From Eledone cirrhosa (Eukaryota): a stretch of DNA of 64,000 nucleotides. The translations under genes were made by a program, and so were the position numbers. The notes below the pieces were generated by a model. It saw nothing but the letters and a program-made list of their open reading frames with translations, was not told the origin of the DNA and did no database searches. The stretch spans positions 262,818,001 through 262,882,000 of the forward strand of contig OZ024741.1 in assembly GCA_964016885.1 (NCBI GenBank). Direction: 5' to 3'. Below are positions 39,629-53,700 of this stretch, in pieces (the stretch's first letter is position 1; the number at the start of each line of letters is the position of its first letter).

Positions 39629-42600
39629 CTTACGAGTGTTTCGACTTACGAGTGTTATGACTTACGGGTGTTTTCACATACGAGTGTTTCGACTTACGAG
39701 TGTTTTGACTTACGGGTGTTTTGACATACGAGTGTTTCGATACGAGTGTTCTGACTTACGAGTGTTCTGACTTACGAGTGTTCTGACTTACGAGTGTTTC
39801 GACATACGAGGGTTTTGACTTACGGGTGTTTCGACTTACGAGTGTTTTCACTTACGAATGTTTTGACTTACGGGTGTTTCGGCTTACGAGTGTTTCGACT
39901 TACGAGTGTTTCGACTTACGAGTGTTTCGACTTACTAATATTTTTACTTACGAGTGTTTCGGCGTACGAGAGTTTTGACTTACGAGTGTTTCGACTTACG
40001 AGTGTTTCGACTTACGAGTATTTTGACTTACGAATGATTTGACTTACGGGTGTTTCGGCTTACGAGTGTTTCGACTTACGAGTCTTTCGGCTTACGAGTG
40101 TTTCGACTTACTAATGTTTTTACTTACGAGTGTTTTGGCGTACGAGTGTTTCGACTTCCGAGTGTTTCGACTTACGGGTGTTTTGACTTACGGGCGTTTC
40201 GGCTTACGAGTGTTTTGACTTACGAGTGTTTTGACTTAAGGGTGTTTCGACTTACGAGTATTTTTGGCTTACGAGTGTTTCGACTTACGAGTGTTTTGAC
40301 TTACGAGTGTTCTGATTTACGGATGTTTCGACATACGAGTGTTTTGACTTACGAGTGTTTCGACTTATGAGTGTTTCGACTTACGAGTGTTTCGACTTAC
40401 GAGTGTTTCGGCTTATGATTGTTTCGACTTACGAGTGTTTTGAATTACGGTGTTTCAGCTTACGAGTGTTTCGGCTTACGAGTGTTTTGACTTACGGGTG
40501 TTTTGACATACGAGTGTTTCGATACGAGTGTTCTGACTTACGAGTGTTCTGACTTACGAGTGTTCCGACTTACGAGTGTTCCGACTTACGAGTGTTTCGG
40601 CTTACGGGTGTTTCCTGCTTACGAGTGTTTCGACTTACGAGTGTTTTGACTTACGGTGTTTCGGCTTACGAGTGATTCGACTTACGAGTGTTTCGGCTTA
40701 TGAGTGTTTCGACTTACTAATGTTTTTACTTACGAGTGTTCTGACTTACGAGTGTTCCGACTTACGAGTGTTCCGACTTACGAGTGTTTCGGCTTACGAG
40801 TGTTTCTGGCTTACGAGTGTTTCGACTTACGAGTGTTTCGACTTACGAGTGTTTTGACTTACGGTGTTTCGACTTACGAGTGATTCGACTTACGAGTGTT
40901 TTGACTTACGGGTGTTTTGACTTACGGGTGTTGTGAATTACGAGTGTTCCGATTTACGAGTGTTTTGACTTACGGTGTTTCGGCTTACGAGTGATTCGAC
41001 TTACGAATGTTTTGACTTACGGGTGTTTCGGCTTGCTAGTGTTTCGACTTACGAGTGTTTCGGCTTATGAGTGTTTCGACTTACTACTGTTTTTACTTAC
41101 GAGTGTTTCGGCGTACGAGTGTTTTGACTTACGAGTGTTTCGACTTACGAGTGTTTCGAATTACGAGTGTTTCGGCTTACGTGAGATTCGACTTAAGAGT
41201 GTTCTGATTTACGAGTGTTCTGACTTGCGGGTGTTCTGATTTACGAGTGTTCCGACTTACGAGTGTTTCGGCTTATGAGTGTTTCGACTTACGAGTGTTT
41301 CGGCTTACGAGTGTTTCGACTTACGAGTGTTTTGACTTACGAATGTTTTGACTTACGGGTGTTTCGGCTTACGAGTGTTTCGACTTACGAATGTTTTGAC
41401 TTACGGGTGTTTCGGCTTACGAGTGTTTCGACTTACGAGTGTTTCGGCTTACGAGTGTTTCGACTTACTAATGTTCTTACTTACGAGTGTTTCAGCGTAC
41501 GAGAGTTTTGACTTACGAGTGTTTCGACTTACGAGTGTTTCGACTTACGAGTGTTTTGACTTACGAAAGTTTTGACTTACGGGTGTTTCGGCTTACGAGT
41601 GTTTCGACTTACGAGTCTTTCGGCTTACGAGTGTTTCGACTTACTAATGTTTTTACTTACGAGTGTTTCGGCGTACGAGTGTTTCGACTTACGAGTGTTT
41701 CGACTTACGGGTGTTTTGACTTACGGGTGTTTCGGCTTACGAGTGTTTTGACTTACGAGTGTTTTGACTTAAGGGTGTTTCGACTTACGAGTATTTTTGG
41801 CTTACGAGTGTTTCGACTTACGAGTGTTTTGACTTACGAGTGTTCTGATTTACGGATGTTTCGACATACGAGTGTTTCGACTTACGAGTGTTTCGACTTA
41901 TGAGTGTTTCGACTTACGAGTGCTTCGGCTTACGAGTGTTTCGACTTACGAGTATTTCGTCTTAAGAGTGTTTCGACGTACGAATGTTTTGGCTTACGAG
42001 TGTTTCGGCTTATGAGTGTTTCGGCTTACGAGTGTTTCGACTTACGAGTGTTTCGGCTTACGAGTGTTTTAGTGTTTCGGCTTACGTGTGTTTCGACTTA
42101 CGAGTGTTTCGACTTACGACTGTTTCGGCTTACGAGTGTTTCGGCTTACGAGTGTTTCGGCTTACGAGTGTTTTGACTTACGAGTGTTTCGACTTACGAG
42201 TGTTATGACTTACGGGTGTTTTCACATACGAGTGTTTCGACTTACGAGTGTTTTGACTTACGGGTGTTTTGACATACGAGTGTTTCGATACGAGTGTTCT
42301 GACTTACGAGTGTTCTGACTTACGAGTGTTCTGACTTACGAGTGTTTCGACATACGAGGGTTTTGACTTACGGGTGTTTCGACTTACGAGTGTTTTCACT
42401 TACGAATGTTTTGACTTACGGGTGTTTCGGCTTACGAGTGTTTCGACTTACGAGTGTTTCGACTTACGAGTGTTTCGACTTACTAATATTTTTACTTACG
42501 AGTGTTTCGGCGTACGAGAGTTTTGACTTACGAGTGTTTCGACTTACGAGTGTTTCGACTTACGAGTATTTTGACTTACGAATGATTTGACTTACGGGTG

Positions 42601-44724
42601 TTTCGGCTTACGAGTGTTTCGACTTACGAGTCTTTCGGCTTACGAGTGTTTCGACTTACTAATGTTTTTACTTACGAGTGTTTTGGCGTACGAGTGTTTC
42701 GACTTCCGAGTGTTTCGACTTACGGGTGTTTTGACTTACGGGCGTTTCGGCTTACGAGTGTTTTGACTTACGAGTGTTTTGACTTAAGGGTGTTTCGACT
42801 TACGAGTATTTTTGGCTTACGAGTGTTTCGACTTACGAGTGTTTTGACTTACGAGTGTTCTGATTTACGGATGTTTCGACATACGAGTGTTTTGACTTAC
42901 GAGTGTTTCGACTTATGAGTGTTTCGACTTACGAGTGTTTCGACTTACGAGTGTTTCGGCTTATGATTGTTTCGACTTACGAGTGTTTTGAATTACGGTG
43001 TTTCAGCTTACGAGTGTTTCGGCTTACGAGTGTTTTGACTTACGGGTGTTTTGACATACGAGTGTTTCGATACGAGTGTTCTGACTTACGAGTGTTCTGA
43101 CTTACGAGTGTTCCGACTTACGAGTGTTCCGACTTACGAGTGTTTCGGCTTACGGGTGTTTCCTGCTTACGAGTGTTTCGACTTACGAGTGTTTTGACTT
43201 ACGGTGTTTCGGCTTACGAGTGATTCGACTTACGAGTGTTTCGGCTTATGAGTGTTTCGACTTACTAATGTTTTTACTTACGAGTGTTCTGACTTACGAG
43301 TGTTCCGACTTACGAGTGTTCCGACTTACGAGTGTTTCGGCTTACGAGTGTTTCTGGCTTACGAGTGTTTCGACTTACGAGTGTTTCGACTTACGAGTGT
43401 TTTGACTTACGGTGTTTCGACTTACGAGTGATTCGACTTACGAGTGTTTTGACTTACGGGTGTTTTGACTTACGGGTGTTGTGAATTACGAGTGTTCCGA
43501 TTTACGAGTGTTTTGACTTACGGTGTTTCGGCTTACGAGTGATTCGACTTACGAATGTTTTGACTTACGGGTGTTTCGGCTTGCTAGTGTTTCGACTTAC
43601 GAGTGTTTCGGCTTATGAGTGTTTCGACTTACTACTGTTTTTACTTACGAGTGTTTCGGCGTACGAGTGTTTTGACTTACGAGTGTTTCGACTTACGAGT
43701 GTTTCGAATTACGAGTGTTTCGGCTTACGTGAGATTCGACTTAAGAGTGTTCTGATTTACGAGTGTTCTGACTTGCGGGTGTTCTGATTTACGAGTGTTC
43801 CGACTTACGAGTGTTTCGGCTTATGAGTGTTTCGACTTACGAGTGTTTCGGCTTACGAGTGTTTCGACTTACGAGTGTTTTGACTTACGAATGTTTTGAC
43901 TTACGGGTGTTTCGGCTTACGAGTGTTTCGACTTACGAATGTTTTGACTTACGGGTGTTTCGGCTTACGAGTGTTTCGACTTACGAGTGTTTCGGCTTAC
44001 GAGTGTTTCGACTTACTAATGTTCTTACTTACGAGTGTTTCAGCGTACGAGAGTTTTGACTTACGAGTGTTTCGACTTACGAGTGTTTCGACTTACGAGT
44101 GTTTTGACTTACGAAAGTTTTGACTTACGGGTGTTTCGGCTTACGAGTGTTTCGACTTACGAGTCTTTCGGCTTACGAGTGTTTCGACTTACTAATGTTT
44201 TTACTTACGAGTGTTTCGGCGTACGAGTGTTTCGACTTACGAGTGTTTCGACTTACGGGTGTTTTGACTTACGGGTGTTTCGGCTTACGAGTGTTTTGAC
44301 TTACGAGTGTTTTGACTTAAGGGTGTTTCGACTTACGAGTATTTTTGGCTTACGAGTGTTTCGACTTACGAGTGTTTTGACTTACGAGTGTTCTGATTTA
44401 CGGATGTTTCGACATACGAGTGTTTCGACTTACGAGTGTTTCGACTTATGAGTGTTTCGACTTACGAGTGCTTCGGCTTACGAGTGTTTCGACTTACGAG
44501 TATTTCGTCTTAAGAGTGTTTCGACGTACGAATGTTTTGGCTTACGAGTGTTTCGGCTTATGAGTGTTTCGGCTTACGAGTGTTTCGACTTACGAGTGTT
44601 TCGGCTTACGAGTGTTTTAGTGTTTCGGCTTACGTGTGTTTCGACTTACGAGTGTTTCGACTTACGACTGTTTCGGCTTACGAGTGTTTCGGCTTACGAG
44701 TGTTTCGGCTTACGAGTGTTTTGA
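39629..44724 (+). repeat. Second instance of the 2 x 2,548-bp tandem duplication, carried inside the 17.5-kb duplication
   Basis: ORF pairs 39794/42342, 40355/42903 and 41487/44035 are offset by 2,548. The whole block equals 22097-27192 plus 17,532. Confidence 0.92.
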
Positions 44725-47647
44725 CTTACGAGTGTTTTGACTTACGATTGTTTGGCTTACGAGTGTTCTGACTTACGGGTGTTCTGACTTACGAGTGTTC
44801 CAACTTACGAGTGTTTCGGCTTATGAGGGTTTCGACTTACGAGTGCTTCGGCTTACGAGTGTTTCGACTTACGAGTGTTTCGGATTATGAATGTTTCGAC
44901 TTACGAGTGTTTCGACTTACGAGTGTTTAGACTTACGGTGTTTCGGCTTACGAGTGTTTCGACATACGAGTGTTTTGACGTACGGGTGTTTCGACTTACG
45001 GGTCTTTCGACTTAAGAGTGTTTCGACTTACGAGCGCTTCGACGTACGAGTGTTTCGACTTACGAGTGTTTCGGCGTATGAGTGTTTTGACTTACGAGTG
45101 TTTCGACTTACGAGTGTTTCGACTTACGAGTGTTTCGAATTACGAGTGTTTCGACTTACGAGTGTTTTGACTTACGAGTGTTTTGACTTACGGTGTTTCT
45201 GCTTACGAGTGTTTCGACTTACGAGTGTTATGACTTACGGGTGTTTTCACATACGAGTGTTTCGACTTACGAGTGTTTTGACTTACGGGTGTTTTGACAT
45301 ACGAGTGTTTCGATACGAGTGTTCTGACTTACGAGTGTTCTGACTTACGAGTGTTCTGACTTACGAGTGTTTCGACATACGAGGGTTTTGACTTACGGGT
45401 GTTTCGACTTACGAGTGTTTTCACTTACGAATGTTTTGACTTACTAATGTTTTTACTTACGAGTGTTTCGGTGTACGAATGTTTTGACTTAAGGATGTTT
45501 CGACTTACGAGTGTTTCGGCTTACGTGAGTTTCGACTTAAGAGTGTTCTGATTTACGAGTGTTCTGACTTGCGGGTGTTCTGATTTACGAGTGTTCCGAC
45601 TTAAGAGTGTTTCGGCTTATGAGTGTTTCGACTTACGAGTGTTTCGGCTTACGAGTGTTTCGACTTATGGGTGTTTCGACTTACGAGTGTTTTTACTTAC
45701 GGTGTTTCGGCTTACGAGTGTTTCGACATACGAGTGTTTTGACTTACGGGTGTTTCGACTTACGAGTGTTTCGGCTTACGAGTATTTCGACTTACTAATG
45801 TTTTTACTTACGAGTGTTTCGGCGTACGAGAGTTTTGACTTACGAGTGTTTCGACTTACGGGTGTTTCGGCTTATGAGTGTTTCGACTTACGAGTCTTTC
45901 GGCTTACGAGTGTTTCGACTTACTAATGTTTTTACTTAAGAGTGTTTCGGCGTACGAGTGTTTCGACTTACGAGTGTTTCGACTTACGGGTGTTTTGACT
46001 TACCGGTGTTTCGGCTCACGAGTGTTTCGACTTACGAGTGTTTTGACTTAAGGGTGTTTCGACTTACGAGTATTTTTGGCTTACGAGTGTTTCGACTTAC
46101 GAGTGTTTCGACTTACGAGTGTTTCGGCTTATGGGTGTTTCGACTTACTAATGTTTTTACTTACGAGTGTTTCGGCGTACGAGTGTTTTGACTTACGAGT
46201 GTTTCGACTTACGAGTGTTTCGACTTACGAGTGTTTCGGCTTACGTGAGTTTCGACTTAAGAGTGTTCTGATTTATGAGTGTTCTGACTTGCGGGTGTTC
46301 TGATTTACGAGTGTTCCGACTTACGAGTGTTTCGGCTTATTAGTGTTTCGACTTACGAGTGTTTCGGCTTACGAGTGTTTCGACTTATGGGTGTTTCGAC
46401 TTACGAGTGTTTTTACTTACGGTGTTTCGGCTTACGAGTGTTTCGACATACGAGTGTTTTGACTTACGGGTGTTTCGACTTACGAGTGTTTTGACTTACG
46501 AATGTTTTGACTTACGGGTGTTTCGGCTTACGAGTGTTTCGACTTACGAGTGTTTCGGCTTACGAGTGTTTCGACTTACTAATGTTCTTACTTACGAGTG
46601 TATCGACTTACGGGTGTTTTGACTTACGGGTGTTTTGACTTACGGGTGTTTCGGCTTACGAGTGTTTCGACTTACGAGTCTTTCGACTTCCGAGTGTTTC
46701 GACTTATGAGTGTTTCGACTTACGAGTGTTTCGACTTACGAGTGTTTCGGCTTATGATTGTTTCGACTTACGAGTGTTTTGACTTACGGTGTTTCAGCTT
46801 ACGAGTGTTTCGACATACGAGTGTTTTGACTTACGGGTGTTTTGACATACGAGTGTTTCGATACGAGTGTTCTGACTTACGAGTGTTCTGACTTACGAGT
46901 GTTTTGACTTACGAGTGTTCTGACTTACGAGTGTTCCGACTTACGAGTGTTCCGACTTACGAGTGTTTCGGCTTACGAGTGTTTCCGGCTTACGAGTGTT
47001 TCGACTTACGAGTGTTTTGACTTACGGTGTTTCGGCTTACGAGTGATTCGACTTACGAGTGTTTTGACTTACGGGTGTTTTGACTTACGGGTGTTGTGAA
47101 TTACGAGTGTTCCGATTTACGAGTGTTTTGACTTACGGTGTTTCGGCTTACGAGTGATTCGACTTACGAATGTCTTGACTTACGGGTGTTTCGGCTTGCG
47201 AGTGTTTCGACTTACGAGTGTTTCGGCTTATGAGTGTTTCGACTTACGAATGTTTTTACTTACGAGTGTTCTGACTTACGAGTGTTCTGACTTACGAGTG
47301 TTCTGACTTACGAGTGTTCTGATTTACGAGTGTTCCGAATTACGAGTGTTTCGGCTTACGAGTGTTTCGGCTTACGAGTGTTTCGACTTACGAGTGTTTC
47401 GACTTACGAGTGTTCCGACTTACGGGTGTTTCGACTTACGAGTTGTTTGGCTTACGGTGTTTCGGCTTACGAGTGTTTCGAGTTACGAGTGTTTTGACTT
47501 ACGCGTGTTTTGACATACGAGTGTTTCGATACGAGTGTTCTGACTTACGAGTGTTTTGACTTACGAGTGTTCTGACTTACGAGTGTTCCGACTTTACGAG
47601 TGTTTCGGCTCACGAGTGTTTCGGCTTACGAGTGTTTCGACTTACGA

Positions 47648-47716
47648 AAATAACAAATAGACGCGGTTTCAAATTTCTATGATTTTCAAATTCATTACAT
47701 TAATCTTTATTTATAC
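47648..47716. repeat. 69-bp AT-rich element, copy 5
   Basis: Identical by eye to copy 2. It lies 17,532 bp after copy 3. Confidence 0.97.
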
Positions 47717-50700
47717 GTTTCGCTTTACGAGTGTTTCGACTTACGAGTGTTTCGACATACGAGTGTTTCGACTTCCGAATGTTTTTGCTTAAGGGTGTTT
47801 CGACTTACGAATGTTTCGGCTTACGAGTGTTTCGGCTTACGAGTCTTCCGACTTAGGAGTGTTTCGGCTTACGAGTGTTTCCGGCTTACGAGTGTTTCGA
47901 CTTACGAGTGTTTCGACTTTCGAGTGTTTTGACTTACGGTGTTTCGGCTTACGAGTGATTCGACTTACGAGTGTTTTGACTTACGTGTGTTTTGACTTAC
48001 GGGTGTTGTGAATTACCAGTGTTCCGATTTACGAGTGTTTTGACTTACGGTGTTTCGGCTTGCGAGTGTTTCGACTTACGAGTGTTTCGGCTTATGAGTG
48101 TTTCGACTTACTAATGTTTTTACTTACGAGTGTTTCGGCGTTCGAGTGTTTTGACTTACGAGTGTTTCGACTTACGAGTGTTTTGACTTACGAATGTTTT
48201 GACTTACGGGTGTTTCGGCTTATGAGTGTTTCGACTTACGAGTGTTCTGACTTACGAGTGTTCTGACTTACGAGTGTTCCGACTTACGAGTGTTTCGGTT
48301 TACGAGTGTTTCGACATACGAGTGTTTTGACTTACGGGTGTTTCGACTTACGGGTGTTTCGACTTACGAGTGTTTTGGCTTACGAGTGTTTCGACTTACT
48401 AATGTTTTTACTTACGAGTGTTTCGGTGTACGAATGTTTTGACTTAAGGATGTTTCGACTTACGAGTGTTTCGACTTACGAGTGTTTCGGCTTACGTGAG
48501 TTTCGACTTAAGAGTGTTCTGATTTACGAGTGTTCTGACTTGCGGGTGTTCTGATTTACGAGTGTTCCGACTTACGAGTGTTTCGGCTTATGAGTGTTTC
48601 GACTTACGAGTGTTTCGGCTTACGAGTGTTTCGAGTTATGGGTGTTTCGACTTAAGAGTGTTTTTACTTACGGTGTTTCGGCTTACGAGTGTTTCGACAT
48701 ACGAGTGTTTTGACTTACGGGTGTTTCGGCTTACGAGTGTTTCGACTTACGAGTGTTTCGGCTTACGAGTGTTTCGACTTACTAATGTTTTTACTTACGA
48801 GTGTTTCGGCGTACGAGAGTTTTGACTTTCGAGTGTTTCGACTTACGAGTGTTTTGACTTACGGGTGTTTCGGCTTATGAGTGTTTCTACTTACGAGTCT
48901 TTCGGCTTACGATTGTTTCGACTTACTAATGTTTTTACTTACGAGTGTTTCGGCGTACGACTGTTTCGACTTACGAGTGTTTCGACTTACGGGTGTTTTG
49001 ACTTACGGGTGTTTCGGCTTACGAGTGTTTCGACTTACGAGTGTTTTGAATTACGGGTGTTTCGACTTACGAGTATTTTTGGCTTACGAGTGTTTCGACT
49101 TACGAGTGTTTTGACTTACGAGTGTTCTGATTTACGGATGTTTCGACATACGAGTGTTTCGGCTTACGAGTGTTTCGACTTACGAGTGTTTTGACTTACG
49201 GGTGTTTCGACTTACGAGTATTTTTGGCTTACGAGTGTTTTGACTTACGAGTGTTTCGACTTACGAGTGTTTCGACTTACGAGTGTTTCGAATTACGAGT
49301 GTTTCGACTTACGAGTGTTTTGACTTACGAGTGTTTTGACTTACGGTGTTTCTGCTTACGAGTGTTTCGACTTACGAGTGTTATGACTTACGGGTGTTTT
49401 CACATACGAGTGTTTCGACTTACGAGTGTTTTGACTTACGGGTGTTTTGACATACGAGTGTTTCGATACGAGTGTTCTGACTTACGAGTGTTCTGACTTA
49501 CGAGTGTTCTGACTTACGAGTGTTTCGACATACGAGGGTTTTGACTTACGGGTGTTTCGACTTACGAGTGTTTTCACTTACGAATGTTTTGACTTACGGG
49601 TGTTTCGGCTTACGAGTGTTTCGACTTACGAGTGTTTCGACTTACTAATATTTTTACTTACGAGTGTTTCGGCGTACGAGAGTTTTGACTTACGAGTGTT
49701 TCGACTTACGAGTGTTTCGACTTACGTGTATTTTGACTTACGAATGTTTTGACTTACGGGTGTTTCGGCTTACGAGTGTTTCGACTTACGAGTCTTTCGG
49801 CTTACGAGTGTTTCGACTTACTAATGTTTTTACTTACGAGTGTTTCGGCGTACGAGTGTTTCGACTTCCGAGTGTTTCGACTTACGGGTGTTTTGACTTA
49901 CGGGTGTTTCGGCTTACGAGTGTTTTGACTTACGAGTGTTTTGACTTAAGGGTGTTTCGACTTACGAGTATTTTTGGCTTACGAGTGTTTCGACTTACGA
50001 GTGTTTTGACTTACGAGTGTTCTGATTTACGGATGTTTCGACATACGAGTGTTTTGACTTACGAGTGTTTCGACTTATGAGTGTTTCGACTTACGAGTGT
50101 TTCGACTTACGAGTGTTTCGGCTTATGATTGTTTCGACTTACGAGTGTTTTGAATTACGGTGTTTCAGCTTACGAGTGTTTCGGCTTACGAGTGTTTTGA
50201 CTTACGGGTGTTTTGACATACGAGTGTTTCGATACGAGTGTTCTGACTTACGAGTGTTCTGACTTACGAGTGTTCCGACTTACGAGTGTTCCGACTTACG
50301 AGTGTTTCGGCTTACGGGTGTTTCCTGCTTACGAGTGTTTCGACTTACGAGTGTTTTGACTTACGGTGTTTCGGCTTACGAGTGATTCGACTTACGAGTG
50401 TTTTGACTTACGGGTGTTTTGACTTACGGGTGTTGTGAATTACGAGTGTTCCGATTTACGAGTGTTTTGACTTACGGTGTTTCGGCTTACGAGTGATTCG
50501 ACTTACGAATGTTTTGACTTACGGGTGTTTCGGCTTGCGAGTGTTTCGACTTACGAGTGTTTCGGCTTATGAGTGTTTCGACTTACTAATGTTTTTACTT
50601 ACGAGTGTTCTGACTTACGAGTGTTCCGACTTACGAGTGTTCCGACTTACGAGTGTTTCGGCTTACGAGTGTTTCTGGCTTACGAGTGTTTCGACTTACG

Positions 50701-53700
50701 AGTGTTTCGACTTACGAGTGTTTTGACTTACGGTGTTTCGACTTACGAGTGATTCGACTTACGAGTGTTTTTTAACTTACGGGTGTTTTGACTTACGGGT
50801 GTTGTGAATTACGAGTGTTCCGATTTACGAGTGTTTTGACTTACGGTGTTTCGGCTTACGAGTGATTCGACTTACGAATGTTTTGACTTACGGGTGTTTC
50901 GGCTTGCTAGTGTTTCGACTTACGAGTGTTTCGGCTTATGAGTGTTTCGACTTACTACTGTTTTTACTTACGAGTGTTTCGGCGTACGAGTGTTTTGACT
51001 TACGAGTGTTTCGACTTACGAGTGTTTCGAATTACGAGTGTTTCGGCTTACGTGAGATTCGACTTAAGAGTGTTCTGATTTACGAGTGTTCTGACTTGCG
51101 GGTGTTCTGATTTACGAGTGTTCCGACTTACGAGTGTTTCGGCTTATGAGTGTTTCGACTTACGAGTGTTTCGGCTTACGAGTGTTTCGACTTATGGGTG
51201 TTTCGACATACGAGTGTTTTGACTTACGGGTGCTTCGACTTACGAGTGTTTTGACTTACGAATGTTTTGACTTACGGGTGTTTCGGCTTACGAGTGTTTC
51301 GACTTACGAGTGTTTCGGCTTACGAGTGTTTCGACTTACTAATGTTCTTACTTACGAGTGTTTCGGCGTACGAGAGTTTTGACTTACGAGTGTTTCGACT
51401 TACGAGTGTTTCGACTTACGAGTGTTTTGACTTACGAAAGTTTTGACTTACGGGTGTTTCGGCTTACGAGTGTTTCGACTTACGAGTCTTTCGGCTTACG
51501 AGTGTTTCGACTTACTAATGTTTTTACTTACGAGTGTTTCGGCGTACGAGTGTTTCGACTTACGAGTGTTTCGACTTACGGGTGTTTTGACTTACGGGTG
51601 TTTCGGCTTACGAGTGTTTTGACTTACGAGTGTTTTGACTTAAGGGTGTTTCGACTTACGAGTATTTTTGGCTTACGAGTGTTTCGACTTACGAGTGTTT
51701 TGACTTACGAGTGTTCTGATTTACGGATGTTTCGACATACGAGTGTTTCGACTTACGAGTGTTTCGACTTATGAGTGTTTCGACTTACGAGTGCTTCGGC
51801 TTACGAGTGTTTCGACTTACGAGTATTTCGTCTTAAGAGTGTTTCGACGTACGAATGTTTTGGCTTACGAGTGTTTCGGCTTATGAGTGTTTCGGCTTAC
51901 GAGTGTTTCGACTTACGAGTGTTTCGGCTTACGAGTGTTTCAGTGTTTCGGCTTACGTGTGTTTCGACTTACGAGTGTTTCGACTTACGACTGTTTCGGC
52001 TTACGAGTGTTTCGGCTTACGAGTGTTTCGGCTTACGAGTGTTTTGACTTACGAGTGTTTTGACTTACGATTGTTTGGCTTACGAGTGTTCTGACTTACG
52101 GGTGTTCTGACTTACGAGTGTTCCGACTTACGAGTGTTTCGGCTTATGAGGGTTTCGACTTACGAGTGCTTCGGCTTACGAGTGTTTCGACTTACGAGTG
52201 TTCGGATTACGAATGTTTCGACTTACGAGTGTTTCGACTTACGAGTGTTTTGACTTACGGTGTTTCGGCTTACGAGTGTTTCGACATACGAGTGTTTTGA
52301 CGTACGGGTGTTTCGACTTACGGGTCTTTCGACTTAAGAGTGTTTCGACTTAAGAGCGCTTCGACTTACGAGTGTTTCGATACAGTGTTTCGGCGTATGA
52401 GTGTTTTGACTTACGAGTGTTTCGACTTACGAGTGTTTCGACTTACGAGTGTTTCGAATTACGAGTGTTTCGACTTACGAGTGTTTTGACTTACGAGTGT
52501 TTTGACTTACGGTGTTTCTGCTTACGAGTGTTTCGACTTACGAGTGTTATGACTTACGGGTGTTTTCACATACGAGTGTTTCGACTTACGAGTGTTTTGA
52601 CTTACGGGTGTTTTGACATACGAGTGTTTCGATACGAGTGTTCTGACTTACGAGTGTTCTGACTTACGAGTGTTCTGACTTACGAGTGTTTCGACATACG
52701 AGGGTTTTGACTTACGGGTGTTTCGACTTACGAGTGTTTTCACTTACGAATGTTTTGACTTACGGGTGTTTCGGCTTACGAGTGTTTCGACTTACTAATA
52801 ATTTTACTTACGAGTGTTTCGGCGTACGAGAGTTTTGACTTACGAGTGTTTCGACTTTCGAGTGTTTCGACTTACGAGTATTTTGACTTACGAATGTTTT
52901 GACTTACGGGTGTTTCGGCTTACGAGTTTTTCGACTTACGAGTCTTTCGGCTTACGAGTGTTTCGACTTACTAATGTTTTTACTTACGTGTGTTTCGGCG
53001 TACAAGTGTTTCGACTTCCGAGTGTTTCGACTTACGGGTGTTTTGACTTACGGGTGTTTCGGCATACGAGTGTTTTGACTTACGAGTGTTTTGACTTAAG
53101 GGTGTTTCGACTTACGAGTATTTTTGGCTTACGAGTGTTTCGACTTACGAGTGTTTTGACTTACGAGTGTTCTGATTTACGGATGTTTCGACATACGAGT
53201 GTTTCGACTTACGAGTGTTTCGACTTATGATTGTTTCGACTTACGAGTGTTTTGACTTACGGTGTTTCAGCTTACGAGTGTTTCGACTTACGAGTGTTTT
53301 GACTTACGGGTGTTTTGACATACGAGTGTTTCGATACGAGTGTTCTGACTTACGAGTGTTCTGACTTACGAGTGTTCTGACTTACGAGTGTTCCGACTTA
53401 CGAGTGTTCCGACTTACGAGTGTTTCGGCTTACGAGTGTTTCCGGCTTACGAGTGTTTCAACTTACGAGTGTTTCGGCTTACGTGAGTTTCGACTTAAGA
53501 GTGTTCTGATTTACGAGTGTTCTGACTTGCGGGTGTTCTGATTTACGAGTGTTCCGACTTACGAGTGTTTCGGCTTATGAGTGTTTCGACTTACGAGTGT
53601 TTCGGCTTACGAGTGTTTCGACTTATGGGTGTTTCGACTTAAGAGTGTTTTTACTTACGGTGTTTCGGCTTACGAGTGTTTCGACATACGAGTGTTTTGA

